Source: Lachnospiraceae bacterium
GTDB lineage: Bacteria; Bacteroidota; Bacteroidia; Bacteroidales; Bacteroidaceae
Direction: 5' to 3'
DNA length: 64,000 bases
Assembly (NCBI GenBank): GCA_963654815.1
Contig: CAVKCP010000001.1
Coordinates: 11,954-75,953, forward strand
The stretch's first letter is position 1. Each line of letters opens with the position of its first letter. The position numbers were made by a program, and so were the translations under genes. Positions 8,948 to 19,037 of this stretch are shown in pieces. Under the pieces are notes generated by a model that was not told where the DNA came from, made no database searches, and saw only the letters and a program-made list of their open reading frames with translations.

Positions 8948-11491
8948 TCATTCTTTGTTGCATGGCTTCATGTCAATCACGGTCTTTGCCTCTTTCAGGT
9001 CAAAGCCCTTTGCCGTGAGTGTGGCCTTTCCAGCATCCTTTCCGGCCCGAAGTACTACGAGGCATTTGCCGTAGAGCGCACGCCGGTTGTTGGCCTTATA
9101 CCTTTCGAGCGATGCCTGGAAACCGTTGTCAACGCCTTCAATACGTGCATTACCGTCGGTTGAGAAATATATCTCGTTCATGGCATTGGGGCAAAGGTTG
9201 CCATCACGGTCAACCACCTCGACAGTCACGAACACAAGGCTTCGACCATCGGCCTGAATACACTTGCGGTCGGGCGTGAGCCTGATGTGGTCGGGGGCTC
9301 CGGCTGTGCGCATAGTCTGTGTGGCCACGATCTTGCCGGAACGTCTTGACACTGCCTTCACTATGCCCGGTTCAAACTTCACGCGCCACATTACATGATA
9401 TTGGTGGCTGTCGGCCTTGCGGCGCACGCCTTGGCTGCGTCCGTTTATGAATAGCTCCACCTCGTCGGCGTTGTTGTAGTAGCACCAGAGGTCGATGTCC
9501 TGGCCGGGTATCCAGTTCCAGTGCGGAAACAGGTGAAGCACGGTCTTTTCTGACCATTCACTTTGATACATGTAGTACACGTCTTTTGGAAAACCGGCGA
9601 GGTCGATTATTCCGAAATAACTTGAATGTGCAGGGTAAGGGTAGGGTGTAGGTTCGCCTATGTAGTCCCAACCCGTCCAAATGAATTGACCCGAACACCA
9701 TGGTGTGTGTTTCACCACGTCCCACGTTGCTTCGTGTGTCGATCCCCATGGCACATGGCAGTTGTCGTAGGCACTGCAACTGTATGAGGGGTCGGTATAA
9801 GGCTTCCACCATGCGTCGGGAGCCTCAGTCACCGAGTCGCTCGGCATCTTGTAGAAGCCTCGTGTCTGCAATGCCGACACGCTTTCGGTCATTATGAAGG
9901 GTTTGCCGGGGAAATTCTGCGGCACATCCTTTATGTACTGGTGGTGGTAGTTGAAGCCAACGATGTCCAAAGCACCGCTCTTGAAGAGGTGGTTGTTGGG
10001 GTCGGGTTCGTTGCATCCTGCCGTTACGGGGCGCGAAGTGTCGAGACCTTTCACAATGTCAACAAGCTGGCGCGTGAGTGCCGAGTTAACGCTCATGTGC
10101 CCGTCTTTGGCCAATGTCGATGCGTCGTGGCCGAAGTTAAGCAACAGGTTGGCCTGCTCGAGCGACAAAGTGTCGGCATCGGCGTGCGACCACTGTTCAA
10201 GAACCTCGTTGCCAATGCTCCACATCAGAATGCTCGGGTGGTTGCGGTCGCGGCGCACAAGGTCGGTAAGGTCGCGCTCATACCACTTGTTGAAATATCG
10301 GGCATAGTCGTTCTGCGTTTTTTTCTTGCGCCACATGTCAAACGATTCGTCCATGACAATGAGTCCCATGGTGTCGCACATCTCAAGAAGTTCGGGTGCG
10401 GGCGGGTTGTGTGAGCATCTCACGGCATTGGCACCCATATTTTTCAGCATGCGCAGCTGGCGGTAGAGTGCGTCTTCAGACAACGCTGCACCCAGGCATC
10501 CGAAGTCGTGGTGCTGGCACACGCCGTTTATTTTCATAGGCTTTCCGTTGAGCGAGAATCCCGTTGAAGGACTGAAAAGGAACGTGCGCACGCCCGTTTT
10601 CGTGATATAGGTGTCAACAACGTTTCCTCCGACAATGATGTCGGTCTGCACCGTATAGATGTATGGCGAGTCAAGAGTCCACAGTTTGGGATCGTGCATG
10701 GTGAATGTCTGCGTGTTGACGGGCAGTTTCTTTATGCCATCGCTCTCGGCCTTGTAGCTTGCACACGTTTGTGCCTTCAGAGTGACAGAGCTTTCCGACG
10801 ATGCCACTTTCTTCATCGTCTGGTCGAATACGGTGTTCTTCACCTTTGCGCGCACATCCTTTGCCGTGGCATTCTCGAGCGTTACGTCTACCTTGAAGCG
10901 TGCCTGGCCGTTTGAAAGAACCGTTGGATGCACAAAAGTGCCCCAATGGGCCACGGCCACGGGTGCGGCCTGGGTGATCCACACATGGCGATATATGCCG
11001 CAACCACTATACCAACGGCTATTGGGTTGGTCGCTGTTGTCCACACGCACGGCAATCACATTGTCGCCGTCGTTGTTGAGCCACGGCGTGAGTTCGTATC
11101 TGAAACTGCTGTATCCGTAAGGGCGTGTGCCTATCTTCTTGCCGTTTATATATACTGTGGAGTTCATGTAAACTCCGTCGAAGTCGATAAACCAACGGCT
11201 TGTATTGTCCTTTATGCGGTCGATGTGCAAGTGTTTCCTGTACCATCCCACACCGCCGGGCAAGGCTCCGCCGCCGGCTCCCGAGGGGTTGGAGTCGAGA
11301 AAATCGCCTTCTATGGCCCAGTCGTGTGGCAAGTCGAGCAGTCGCCACGACGTGTCGTCATAGTCGGCCATTGCCATTTGTACTGAGTCGCCGAGTGTGA
11401 AACGCCAGCTCTCGTCGAAGTTCTTGCGCACCTCGGCGTTGGCTCCCGTCCACATTATAGCCGCTATTATGAGTGTTATGATTTTTTTCAT
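8948..11491 (-). CDS. Glycoside hydrolase family 2 (beta-galactosidase)
   Basis: LPHDW, FDGVY, RCSHNP, RDRNHPSILMWSIGNE and WTGWDYIGEP motifs. Confidence 0.93.
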   Translation of the reverse strand: MKKIITLIIAAIMWTGANAEVRKNFDESWRFTLGDSVQMAMADYDDTSWRLLDLPHDWAIEGDFLDSNPSGAGGGALPGGVGWYRKHLHIDRIKDNTSRWFIDFDGVYMNSTVYINGKKIGTRPYGYSSFRYELTPWLNNDGDNVIAVRVDNSDQPNSRWYSGCGIYRHVWITQAAPVAVAHWGTFVHPTVLSNGQARFKVDVTLENATAKDVRAKVKNTVFDQTMKKVASSESSVTLKAQTCASYKAESDGIKKLPVNTQTFTMHDPKLWTLDSPYIYTVQTDIIVGGNVVDTYITKTGVRTFLFSPSTGFSLNGKPMKINGVCQHHDFGCLGAALSEDALYRQLRMLKNMGANAVRCSHNPPAPELLEMCDTMGLIVMDESFDMWRKKKTQNDYARYFNKWYERDLTDLVRRDRNHPSILMWSIGNEVLEQWSHADADTLSLEQANLLLNFGHDASTLAKDGHMSVNSALTRQLVDIVKGLDTSRPVTAGCNEPDPNNHLFKSGALDIVGFNYHHQYIKDVPQNFPGKPFIMTESVSALQTRGFYKMPSDSVTEAPDAWWKPYTDPSYSCSAYDNCHVPWGSTHEATWDVVKHTPWCSGQFIWTGWDYIGEPTPYPYPAHSSYFGIIDLAGFPKDVYYMYQSEWSEKTVLHLFPHWNWIPGQDIDLWCYYNNADEVELFINGRSQGVRRKADSHQYHVMWRVKFEPGIVKAVSRRSGKIVATQTMRTAGAPDHIRLTPDRKCIQADGRSLVFVTVEVVDRDGNLCPNAMNEIYFSTDGNARIEGVDNGFQASLERYKANNRRALYGKCLVVLRAGKDAGKATLTAKGFDLKEAKTVIDMKPCNKE

Positions 11492-11545
11492 ATTGTGTAG
11501 GTTGTTGCAGACAGTGTGTTCTGCGTAGGTTTCAATGTGAGATCG

Positions 11546-11682
11546 TCATGTGCAGAAAGCCCCTTGGTCGCCGTGGCGTGTGTGGAATGTGGCGCACCGC
11601 AAATGGTGTGCATGCATGCTGCATGTGCTGCACGCGCGTGCTCCATACGCGCCACGAGGGCTGCGGGGCTTTCTTGGCATGA
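11546..11682. repeat. Long imperfect inverted repeat enclosing a 22-bp tandem array (copy 2, 11599-11664)
   Basis: Arms TCATG..GAAAGCCCC / GGGGCTTTC..CATGA and CGTGGCGTGTGTGGA / TCCATACGCGCCACG. Array: gcaaatggtgt gcatgcatgct / gcatgtgctgc acgcgcgtgct / ccatacgcgcc acgagggctgc. Confidence 0.7.
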
Positions 11683-11710
11683 CTTAAAAACCTTGTCGGG
11701 GCGGCAAAGG

Positions 11711-14614
11711 TTAAAGTTTCACCTTTAACTCGCTGCCGTCATAGGCCACGAGCTTGCCTTGTGCCCCGTCGAAGTCGAGCTTTTGGCTGTGCGTCGGCGA
11801 CACGACAACGATGTTGAAATGGCGTTGTTTCAGCATTCCGTCAAACTCTCCGCTGCGCTTACCCAGCGTGAGCGTCTTCGATGCTTCGTTGTATCTGATG
11901 TTGATGGTGGCGTATTTGCCTTTCTCGTAGTTGTAGTTTGTGCCTTCATCTTCGTAGAGCAGGAATTCAGCGTCCTTTCCGGTGTACACATAAAGGTTTA
12001 TGGTTTCGGCCGGTTTCTCGTCGCTCCATTCGATTTCAGGGCCGAACGGCACGATTGCGCCCTCACGCACAAACACTGGCATCTTCTCATACGGAGCATC
12101 GGCAACTATTGTCTGTCCGCCGGCGAAGTGCTTGCCGGTGTAAAGGTCGTACCATCCGCACTGCTTGGGCAGGTAGACTTCGCGTGAGCGTGCCTTGTAG
12201 TAGCCCACGGGACATGCCATGAATGCAGGACCGAACATCCATTGGTCGCCTATGTTGTTCACTTTCGTGTCGGAAGCAAAGTCCATTACGAGGCCGCGCA
12301 TCAGGGTGTAGTCTTTCAGGTTGGCCCATGCTGCGATGCTGTAAAGGTAGGGCATCATGCGGTAGCGCAGTTTGTCGTAGTAGACTATCGACTTGTAGCA
12401 CGGATGATTTTCGGGAGCTATGTTCCAAACCTCGCGCAGCGGCCACTGGCCGTGGGTGCGGTAGAGGGGCACAAAACAGCCAAACTGATTCCAACGTGTC
12501 TGCATTTCGCGCCATTCCTTAAGGTCTTCGTTCTCTTCACCGGTCTTGTCATACAGACCCTGAGCCTTCTCGTAGCGGCTTTCAACCGAGAATCCACCCT
12601 GATCCATGCCCCAGAACGGGATGCCCGACATTGAGTAGTTGAGTCCGGCAGTCATTTGGGCGCGCATATCTTCCCACCGTGTGCCTATGTCGCCGCTCCA
12701 CGATGCGGTGCTGTAACGCTGAAGTCCGGCGAAACCACTGCGTGTGAGCAGGAACACGCGCTTGTTGTTGTCAACGCTGCGCTGCCCGTTGTATATGGCA
12801 TCGGCATTCACTATCGAGTAGGCGTTGAAATACTCGGTGCTCGAACCGAGTGCCGTCGGGCCACAGAGAGCCTTGCGGTAGCCTATTGGCGTGCAGTCGC
12901 GCACGTTGGGCTCAGAGGCATCCATCCACCAGGCATCTATGCCTTCTTTGTATTTCGAGAACAGGTTGTCGTCCATTTGACGCCAGAACATCTTGCGCGC
13001 ACCTGCCGAATAAGCATCGTAGAAGCCTGCCACATAGCCCGGACCTACCCAGTCGCGCAGCGAGTCTTTCACTGCCTGCGTGTACATCCAGCCTTTAGAG
13101 GTGAGCTCCTTGTAGTTGTCGGTGTTGCAGTAGAACTTGGGCCATACTGAAATCATGAAACGTCCGTTCATGGCGTGCACCTCGTCGAGCATTGCCTGCG
13201 GGTCGGGATAGCGTGTATCGTCAAACACATGGCTTCCCCACTGGTCGTCTTTCCAGTAGTTCCAGTCCTGCACGATGTTGTCAACCGGTATGTGTCGTTT
13301 GCGGAATTCGCCGAGTGTCTGCACAATTTCGTCGGATGTGCGGTAGCGTTCACGGCTCTGCCAGAAGCCCATAGCCCATTTCGGCATGACAGGAGCCTTG
13401 CCGGTGAGTGTGCGGTAGCCTGAAATCACACCGTCGATGTTCTCGCCTGCTATGAAATAATAGTCCATGTCGCGGCTCATTTCGCTCCAGATGTTTATGC
13501 GGTTCTGCTCTGCATCGGTCGTGGGCGTTGCTACGCGCAATCCGCAATACGACACGTCGCCGTCGGGTTGCCACTCTATTCTTATGGGCACGCGCTTGCC
13601 TTTCTCAAGCCGCAATGCGAATTTGTGGCTGTTGGGGTTCCATGCTTTGCGCCAACGTTCGGGCACAACCTCCTTGCCATTAATGAAAACTTTTGTGTAG
13701 CCGGCATAATATAGAATGAACTGGAAGTTGCTTGTTTCGCGCGGTTCAATCTCGCCTTCATACACTACGTTTGCTCCTATCAGGTTTATCTCCTTGGGAA
13801 GGCGCGTCACTTCGGCACTGTTCTCGTAGTAAATGGAGTCTTCGTCGCGTTGCAGACGCTTGCCGTCGGCCTGCACATACGTTCCTGTCAGGCAGCCACG
13901 CTTGCCGTCTTTATTATATAAGGTGAACTCTTCGCCCAACTGTCTGTATGCATTCGGGTTGCCCCAACGGCACAGCGAGTAGGAATCCCAAAGCAGTCCG
14001 TAGTTCTTGTTTGATACGACGAAAGGCACAGAAATCTTTGTGTTGTATTGGAACAGTTCCTCGTTCTTGCCTTTGTAGTTCCACTCGTCGGCCTGATGTT
14101 GGCCAAGTCCGTAGAAAGCCTCGTCGGCAGGGCTTTCGAATGTGGCATTCCACGACCATCCTTTGCGCTGGGCATCGGTGAGAGTTCCCACGCCTATGTC
14201 GCTTGTGGGCACTACATACGGCTTGAATGTCATTCCGTCGCGCGTCTCGTTAAGCAACAATTTGCCCTTTGCGTCATAGAAAGCAATGTGGCCGGTGGCC
14301 TCGTTTATTGTCGCGCTAACGTTTTTTGCCTTCAGCGTTATCACTCCTTTCTTTTCGGTTACGGTGTATTTCGGACGCGCATTTTGCGGTACAATCATCA
14401 GACTTTTCTTGTCGGTGAAAGTCTCTTCGCGTGTGGCCCGCACGCGAATAATGTTGTCGTTCATCACCTCGAGGCTGACAACGCGTGCGCCGTTGGCGCT
14501 GGCATTTTTCACGTTAAGTGTTATTCCCCGTCCCGTGTCGGTGTAGCCTGATGCAAATGAGGCTGATGCCCCCAGCAAGAGGCATGTGGATAGCATGATT
14601 TTGGTTTTCTTCAT
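11711..14614 (-). CDS. Glycoside hydrolase family 31 alpha-xylosidase with PA14-like insertion
   Basis: YGLGQH, WWMDASEP nucleophile and WSGD acid/base motifs; large insertion in the N-terminal region, as in xyloglucan-active GH31s. Confidence 0.9.
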   Translation of the reverse strand: MKKTKIMLSTCLLLGASASFASGYTDTGRGITLNVKNASANGARVVSLEVMNDNIIRVRATREETFTDKKSLMIVPQNARPKYTVTEKKGVITLKAKNVSATINEATGHIAFYDAKGKLLLNETRDGMTFKPYVVPTSDIGVGTLTDAQRKGWSWNATFESPADEAFYGLGQHQADEWNYKGKNEELFQYNTKISVPFVVSNKNYGLLWDSYSLCRWGNPNAYRQLGEEFTLYNKDGKRGCLTGTYVQADGKRLQRDEDSIYYENSAEVTRLPKEINLIGANVVYEGEIEPRETSNFQFILYYAGYTKVFINGKEVVPERWRKAWNPNSHKFALRLEKGKRVPIRIEWQPDGDVSYCGLRVATPTTDAEQNRINIWSEMSRDMDYYFIAGENIDGVISGYRTLTGKAPVMPKWAMGFWQSRERYRTSDEIVQTLGEFRKRHIPVDNIVQDWNYWKDDQWGSHVFDDTRYPDPQAMLDEVHAMNGRFMISVWPKFYCNTDNYKELTSKGWMYTQAVKDSLRDWVGPGYVAGFYDAYSAGARKMFWRQMDDNLFSKYKEGIDAWWMDASEPNVRDCTPIGYRKALCGPTALGSSTEYFNAYSIVNADAIYNGQRSVDNNKRVFLLTRSGFAGLQRYSTASWSGDIGTRWEDMRAQMTAGLNYSMSGIPFWGMDQGGFSVESRYEKAQGLYDKTGEENEDLKEWREMQTRWNQFGCFVPLYRTHGQWPLREVWNIAPENHPCYKSIVYYDKLRYRMMPYLYSIAAWANLKDYTLMRGLVMDFASDTKVNNIGDQWMFGPAFMACPVGYYKARSREVYLPKQCGWYDLYTGKHFAGGQTIVADAPYEKMPVFVREGAIVPFGPEIEWSDEKPAETINLYVYTGKDAEFLLYEDEGTNYNYEKGKYATINIRYNEASKTLTLGKRSGEFDGMLKQRHFNIVVVSPTHSQKLDFDGAQGKLVAYDGSELKVKL

Positions 14615-14690
14615 TTTGGTTTTTGTTTTATGTTGTGAATCGTTTTATCAATCTGTTTGTGAATGATTGGCATCCGTGCCGGAGCCCGTT

Positions 14691-17600
14691 TCAGTCTTTT
14701 CGCGTTAGTGCCGAAGGCAGTATGCCGTAGAAATCCTTGAAATATTTTGAGAAATTGCGCGGTTGGTTGAAGCCAACCTTGTAGGCCACCTCGCTCACGT
14801 TGAGACTTCCTTCGCGCAAGAGCTGTTCAGCGTGGCGCAGTCGTATGTTGCGTATGAATTCCGAAGGTGTCGTTCCCGTTACCGAGAGTATGCGTTTGTA
14901 CATGTTCACACGCGACATGCCAAGAGCCTCGCTGAGTGCTTCCACCGACAAATCCGGGTCAGACAGCCGTTTCTCTACATAGGCCGTTGCACGGTCGATA
15001 AGCTGTTGGTCGGCCGAAACCACCTGCTCTTCGGTTATCGTCGGAACGATGGATTGTCTCGTGCCGTTGGGTGAGCACGACTCTATTAGCTTTGATATGC
15101 GCATGTTCAGTAAGTCGAGGTTGAATGGTTTGGTTATGTATTCGTCGGCTCCGCTGGCGAATCCTTCTATCTTGCACTCGGTTGAAATGCGTGCGGTGAG
15201 CATTATGAACGGTATGGAGCAGGTTTTGCGGTTCTCCTTCACGGCCTTGCACAGTGCGTTTCCATCCATTACCGGCATCATCACGTCGCTCAGAATGGCA
15301 TCGGGACGATGCTTGGCTATTTCTGCCAAAGCCTCTTTGCCGTTGGTGGCAGTGCGCACAATGTATTGCGTTGAGAGTATTTCCGACATGAACGAAAGGA
15401 AATCCTCGCTGTCGTCAACAACCATCACCTCGCGTTTCCGGTTCTGCTTGCCCTGCTCAGCACTTGCCGTTATTGCATCGCTCTCATTCAGTGCCGGTTC
15501 ATCAGACGCATTTCCGATAGTCGGCGAAGCCTCTGTTTCTTCTTCAATCACGGGCAATACCATTGTGAAGACGGTGCCTTTGCCGTCGTTTTCCAAGTTG
15601 TCGTTCACCGATATGTTGCCTCCGTGCATCATGGCATATTCTTTGGCAATGTTCAGTCCGAGTCCGCTTCCGCCGAAAACTTTGTCCATGTGGTTGTGCA
15701 CTTGGTAGAAGCGGTCGAATATGTGCAGCTTGTCGGCATCGCTTATGCCGCATCCCGTGTCGGCCACGGCTATTTCCACCACCTGCTTTGTCTTTACGGG
15801 CAATTCCACATAAGTGTCTCTTAGTCTTACGCTGACAGTGACTTTTCCTCCCGTTGGGGTGAATTTCACGGCGTTGGAGAGCAGGTTGTTGAGCACTTTC
15901 GACATCTTGTCGGCATCAAACGGGATTGTGAGCGAGTCGGTATCGGTGTGGAATGCAACGGTAACTGACTTCTGCGACAGTTGCGAGAAAGATGTTGTTG
16001 CGTCGGAAACAAACTTTACAATGTCAGCCTTCTTTGCTTCCAATGCCATGCTTCTCGTTTCAATCTTGCGCAAATCGAGTGTCTGGTTTACCAAGGTGAG
16101 CAGTCGGTTGGCGTTGCGCAGCACGAGTTGCAGCGTTGAACGCTTCTTGTTGTCGTCTTCGTTGGCCACAAGTTTCTCTATTGGCGATATTACAAGAGCC
16201 AACGGAGTGCGCAGTTCGTGGCTTATGTCGGTAAGGAACGAGAGCTTCATCTCGTCGAGTTTGCGCTTGCGTTCGGCATCGCGCTGTATCTGTTCAATGC
16301 GCATCCGTGTCATTTGCCTGTGTATGGTGAGATACCATGCAAGCCAAATGATACCGCCAAGAAGCATTGCATATATTATGTAAGCCCACCATGAAAGCCA
16401 CAACGGAGGGTTGACTACGATTGTCATTTCCTCGGTTTGGTTGCTCACGCGGCCGTCTTTCTCCACCACACGCACTTGCAGTGTGTATTTTCCGGGATGC
16501 AGATTGGTGTAGGTGACACTTGGCTGCGACTCAACGGTCATAAACCATTTGTCGTTGGCAAATCCTTTTAGACGGTAGAGAAAATGGCATTTCTCGGGAA
16601 TCGTGACATTGTCTGATGTGAGAAGCACAGTGAATGCATTCTCGTCGTAGTTTAGCCGCAACTCGTGCGATGCGTTTACGGCCTTGTCGAGTATTATGCG
16701 CCGGTTGTATTTCTCGCCTACCGAGAGAAGATGGTCGTAGAGCACAACTCCCGAAAACAATACCTTTGAGTTGATAGTGTTGGGATATGTCTTGCCCGAC
16801 GGTATCACATTTATGCCGTCCTGACCTCCTATGATGATGTCTCCGTTATGAGTCTTGCTGATGCTGCGATAGTTGAATCTGCGCTTCTGCAGTCCGTCGA
16901 GTTCGTCGAAACTGCTTGTGAAGAATGTGTATTCGCCTGCCTTGTAGCCCACTTTCACCCTTATCACGCAATTGGGCAGTGTCGCCCATATATTGCCGTA
17001 GGCATCCTCGGCCACAGCGCAAGTCATCTGTGGGTTGTTGAATATGTGCGTTATCTTCCGCGTCTTGAAGTCGTAGACATCAAGCCCAGACATGTTGGCG
17101 TTCCACAAAAGTCCTCGGCTGTCTATACAGATGTCGTTTACGGCAAGACTTGAAAAGCCCGTTCCGATTGACGGCGAGGAGATGTCGGTTGATTTTCGGG
17201 TCTTCGGGTCAACAAGCGTAACCCCTACTGAATGTCCTACGATGTATCTGCCGTGTCTGTCAAGCTTTACTGATGACACATAGTCAGACTTTATACCGGA
17301 GTTGGATGTGTCGTAATTGGCAAATACTCCACGCCGTGGGTCAAGACATTGCACTCCGGCACCGAGTGTTCCGATTATTATGTTGCCATTGTTGTCTTCC
17401 GAAAGCGACCAAACGCAGTCGTTGGCCAGGCCCGATGCAGTGCGGTAGGCGGTGAATTTGCCGTCGGCATAGTGTGCAAGTCCACCGTTGAACGTGCCGA
17501 ACCACAATGTGCCGTCGGCAGCACAAAGACTGCTTACGATGACATCAGAGCCGAGCCCAGTTTCTTGCATAGTGTAGTGCCGTGTATTGCCCGTGCTTGG

Positions 17601-18785
17601 CTGATAGCAAACGATGCCGTTGTCGTTGGTGCCGCACCAATAGTTGCCTTTGCGGTCAACGGCAATTGTGCAGACATCGCCGATTTTTATTGTGGGATAG
17701 TGTGACAGTGTGGGCGAGTAATAAGCCACACCATTGTTGTAAGAACCAATCCACACGGCATTCGTTGGGTCGATATATATGTAGCGTAGTGTGTTGTCGG
17801 GAATGGAATTGGGGTTGTCGTTGCTGTGGACGTGGTTTTGCAGAATGCGTTTTCCTATGTTGACCACAATCAGTCCGTGTCGTTCCGATGCAATCCAAAG
17901 ATTGTGCTGTGCATCTTCTTTTATGTCGTTCACAAAAAAGTTTAGCTTGCCGGTGTCGATTCCGATAGAAGAAAAAAAGGCCAACGGTGAGTCATACCAT
18001 TTCTTTTGGGCCGAAGAATACACCCAAGTGTGCCCTGTCGAGTGGTTGCTCACCCAATAGTTGTACTGGCTGTCGATGTATGTGCGATAGTAATGTTTGC
18101 GGTATTTGTTGCATTCGGCAAGGTATTTGTTCGTCCACACCACTTTGTGTTGTTCGCCGTCGAGCCTTACAAGCACGCCGTTGTTGTAGGAAACGACAAT
18201 AGAATTGCCCCGTTCGGTTATGCCAGTGACGTATCCCGAATTGGCGATGTCGGCATTGTGCGCTGCATCGAACAGATATGTGCTTTGCTTTTTCAGTGAA
18301 TAATAGTAACAGCCTTTGCCGTTTACTGCCACCCAGAAGTTGCCTTTGGAGTCGATGAAAATGCGGTTTGGCTTGCCACTCATGCCTTTGTCGCGCATCC
18401 ATACCGATATGTCTTGGTCGAAACTCTCGGTGTCGGGGTTGTATATGCAATATCCATTGTCGGTCTTTACCAGCAATTTTCCGTCGGTGGTCTCTTGAAT
18501 TTCGTTGACTTGGTTGCTTGATATTGACGATTTGTCGGCCGAGTTGGAAAAGAAATTCTTGAATCTGAATCCGTCGTAGCGGCATAATCCTACCGCAGTG
18601 CCTATCCACAGAAACCCTTGGCGGTCTTTGGTTATGCAGCTGATATGGCTGTCTGAAAGACCGTTGTTTATGTCAAGACACCTGAATTCCATGTTCCTTG
18701 CGGCAGACGTGCAGAATGCCACCACCGCAACAAATGCGGCGATGAGTGTGCGCAATATGTTTGTGTCGTTTACAGTTCGGTACAT
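14691..18785 (-). CDS. Hybrid two-component system sensor/regulator (HTCS)
   Basis: Beta-propeller repeats, Y_Y_Y domain, TM helix, SHELRTPL, NLLSNAVKFT, GSGLGL, receiver SDVMMP, AraC HTH. Confidence 0.96.
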   Translation of the reverse strand: MYRTVNDTNILRTLIAAFVAVVAFCTSAARNMEFRCLDINNGLSDSHISCITKDRQGFLWIGTAVGLCRYDGFRFKNFFSNSADKSSISSNQVNEIQETTDGKLLVKTDNGYCIYNPDTESFDQDISVWMRDKGMSGKPNRIFIDSKGNFWVAVNGKGCYYYSLKKQSTYLFDAAHNADIANSGYVTGITERGNSIVVSYNNGVLVRLDGEQHKVVWTNKYLAECNKYRKHYYRTYIDSQYNYWVSNHSTGHTWVYSSAQKKWYDSPLAFFSSIGIDTGKLNFFVNDIKEDAQHNLWIASERHGLIVVNIGKRILQNHVHSNDNPNSIPDNTLRYIYIDPTNAVWIGSYNNGVAYYSPTLSHYPTIKIGDVCTIAVDRKGNYWCGTNDNGIVCYQPSTGNTRHYTMQETGLGSDVIVSSLCAADGTLWFGTFNGGLAHYADGKFTAYRTASGLANDCVWSLSEDNNGNIIIGTLGAGVQCLDPRRGVFANYDTSNSGIKSDYVSSVKLDRHGRYIVGHSVGVTLVDPKTRKSTDISSPSIGTGFSSLAVNDICIDSRGLLWNANMSGLDVYDFKTRKITHIFNNPQMTCAVAEDAYGNIWATLPNCVIRVKVGYKAGEYTFFTSSFDELDGLQKRRFNYRSISKTHNGDIIIGGQDGINVIPSGKTYPNTINSKVLFSGVVLYDHLLSVGEKYNRRIILDKAVNASHELRLNYDENAFTVLLTSDNVTIPEKCHFLYRLKGFANDKWFMTVESQPSVTYTNLHPGKYTLQVRVVEKDGRVSNQTEEMTIVVNPPLWLSWWAYIIYAMLLGGIIWLAWYLTIHRQMTRMRIEQIQRDAERKRKLDEMKLSFLTDISHELRTPLALVISPIEKLVANEDDNKKRSTLQLVLRNANRLLTLVNQTLDLRKIETRSMALEAKKADIVKFVSDATTSFSQLSQKSVTVAFHTDTDSLTIPFDADKMSKVLNNLLSNAVKFTPTGGKVTVSVRLRDTYVELPVKTKQVVEIAVADTGCGISDADKLHIFDRFYQVHNHMDKVFGGSGLGLNIAKEYAMMHGGNISVNDNLENDGKGTVFTMVLPVIEEETEASPTIGNASDEPALNESDAITASAEQGKQNRKREVMVVDDSEDFLSFMSEILSTQYIVRTATNGKEALAEIAKHRPDAILSDVMMPVMDGNALCKAVKENRKTCSIPFIMLTARISTECKIEGFASGADEYITKPFNLDLLNMRISKLIESCSPNGTRQSIVPTITEEQVVSADQQLIDRATAYVEKRLSDPDLSVEALSEALGMSRVNMYKRILSVTGTTPSEFIRNIRLRHAEQLLREGSLNVSEVAYKVGFNQPRNFSKYFKDFYGILPSALTRKD

Positions 18786-18838
18786 GGCTTGTAGGCGGAT
18801 TTATGGTTATGAGGTTTAGTTGTGGCTTTTTCAGAACA

Positions 18839-18846
18839 CAAATATA
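18839..18846 (-). promoter_or_regulatory. -7 promoter element for the HTCS gene
   Basis: TATATTTG on the minus strand about 55 bp upstream of the start. Confidence 0.5.
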
Positions 18847-18948
18847 ATGTTTTTGTTTGTATATTGAAATATTTTCCTTGCCAAGATTTGCAGAAATGGT
18901 GTTTATTGTAAAAAGAATGTTATTTTAGGATAAACGTTTTTCAGATAA

Positions 18949-19007
18949 AAGCCGGTGTGGCAAAGCCGTGAATACTTCTGTATTTAAAGTTTTGCCGCCA
19001 CCGGCTT
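18949..19007 (-). terminator. Hairpin/terminator after susD
   Basis: AAGCCGGTGTGGCAAA / TTTGCCGCCACCGGCTT inverted repeat. Confidence 0.65.
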
Positions 19008-19037
19008 CATCCTGAAACAATTAATATATAATTACAT

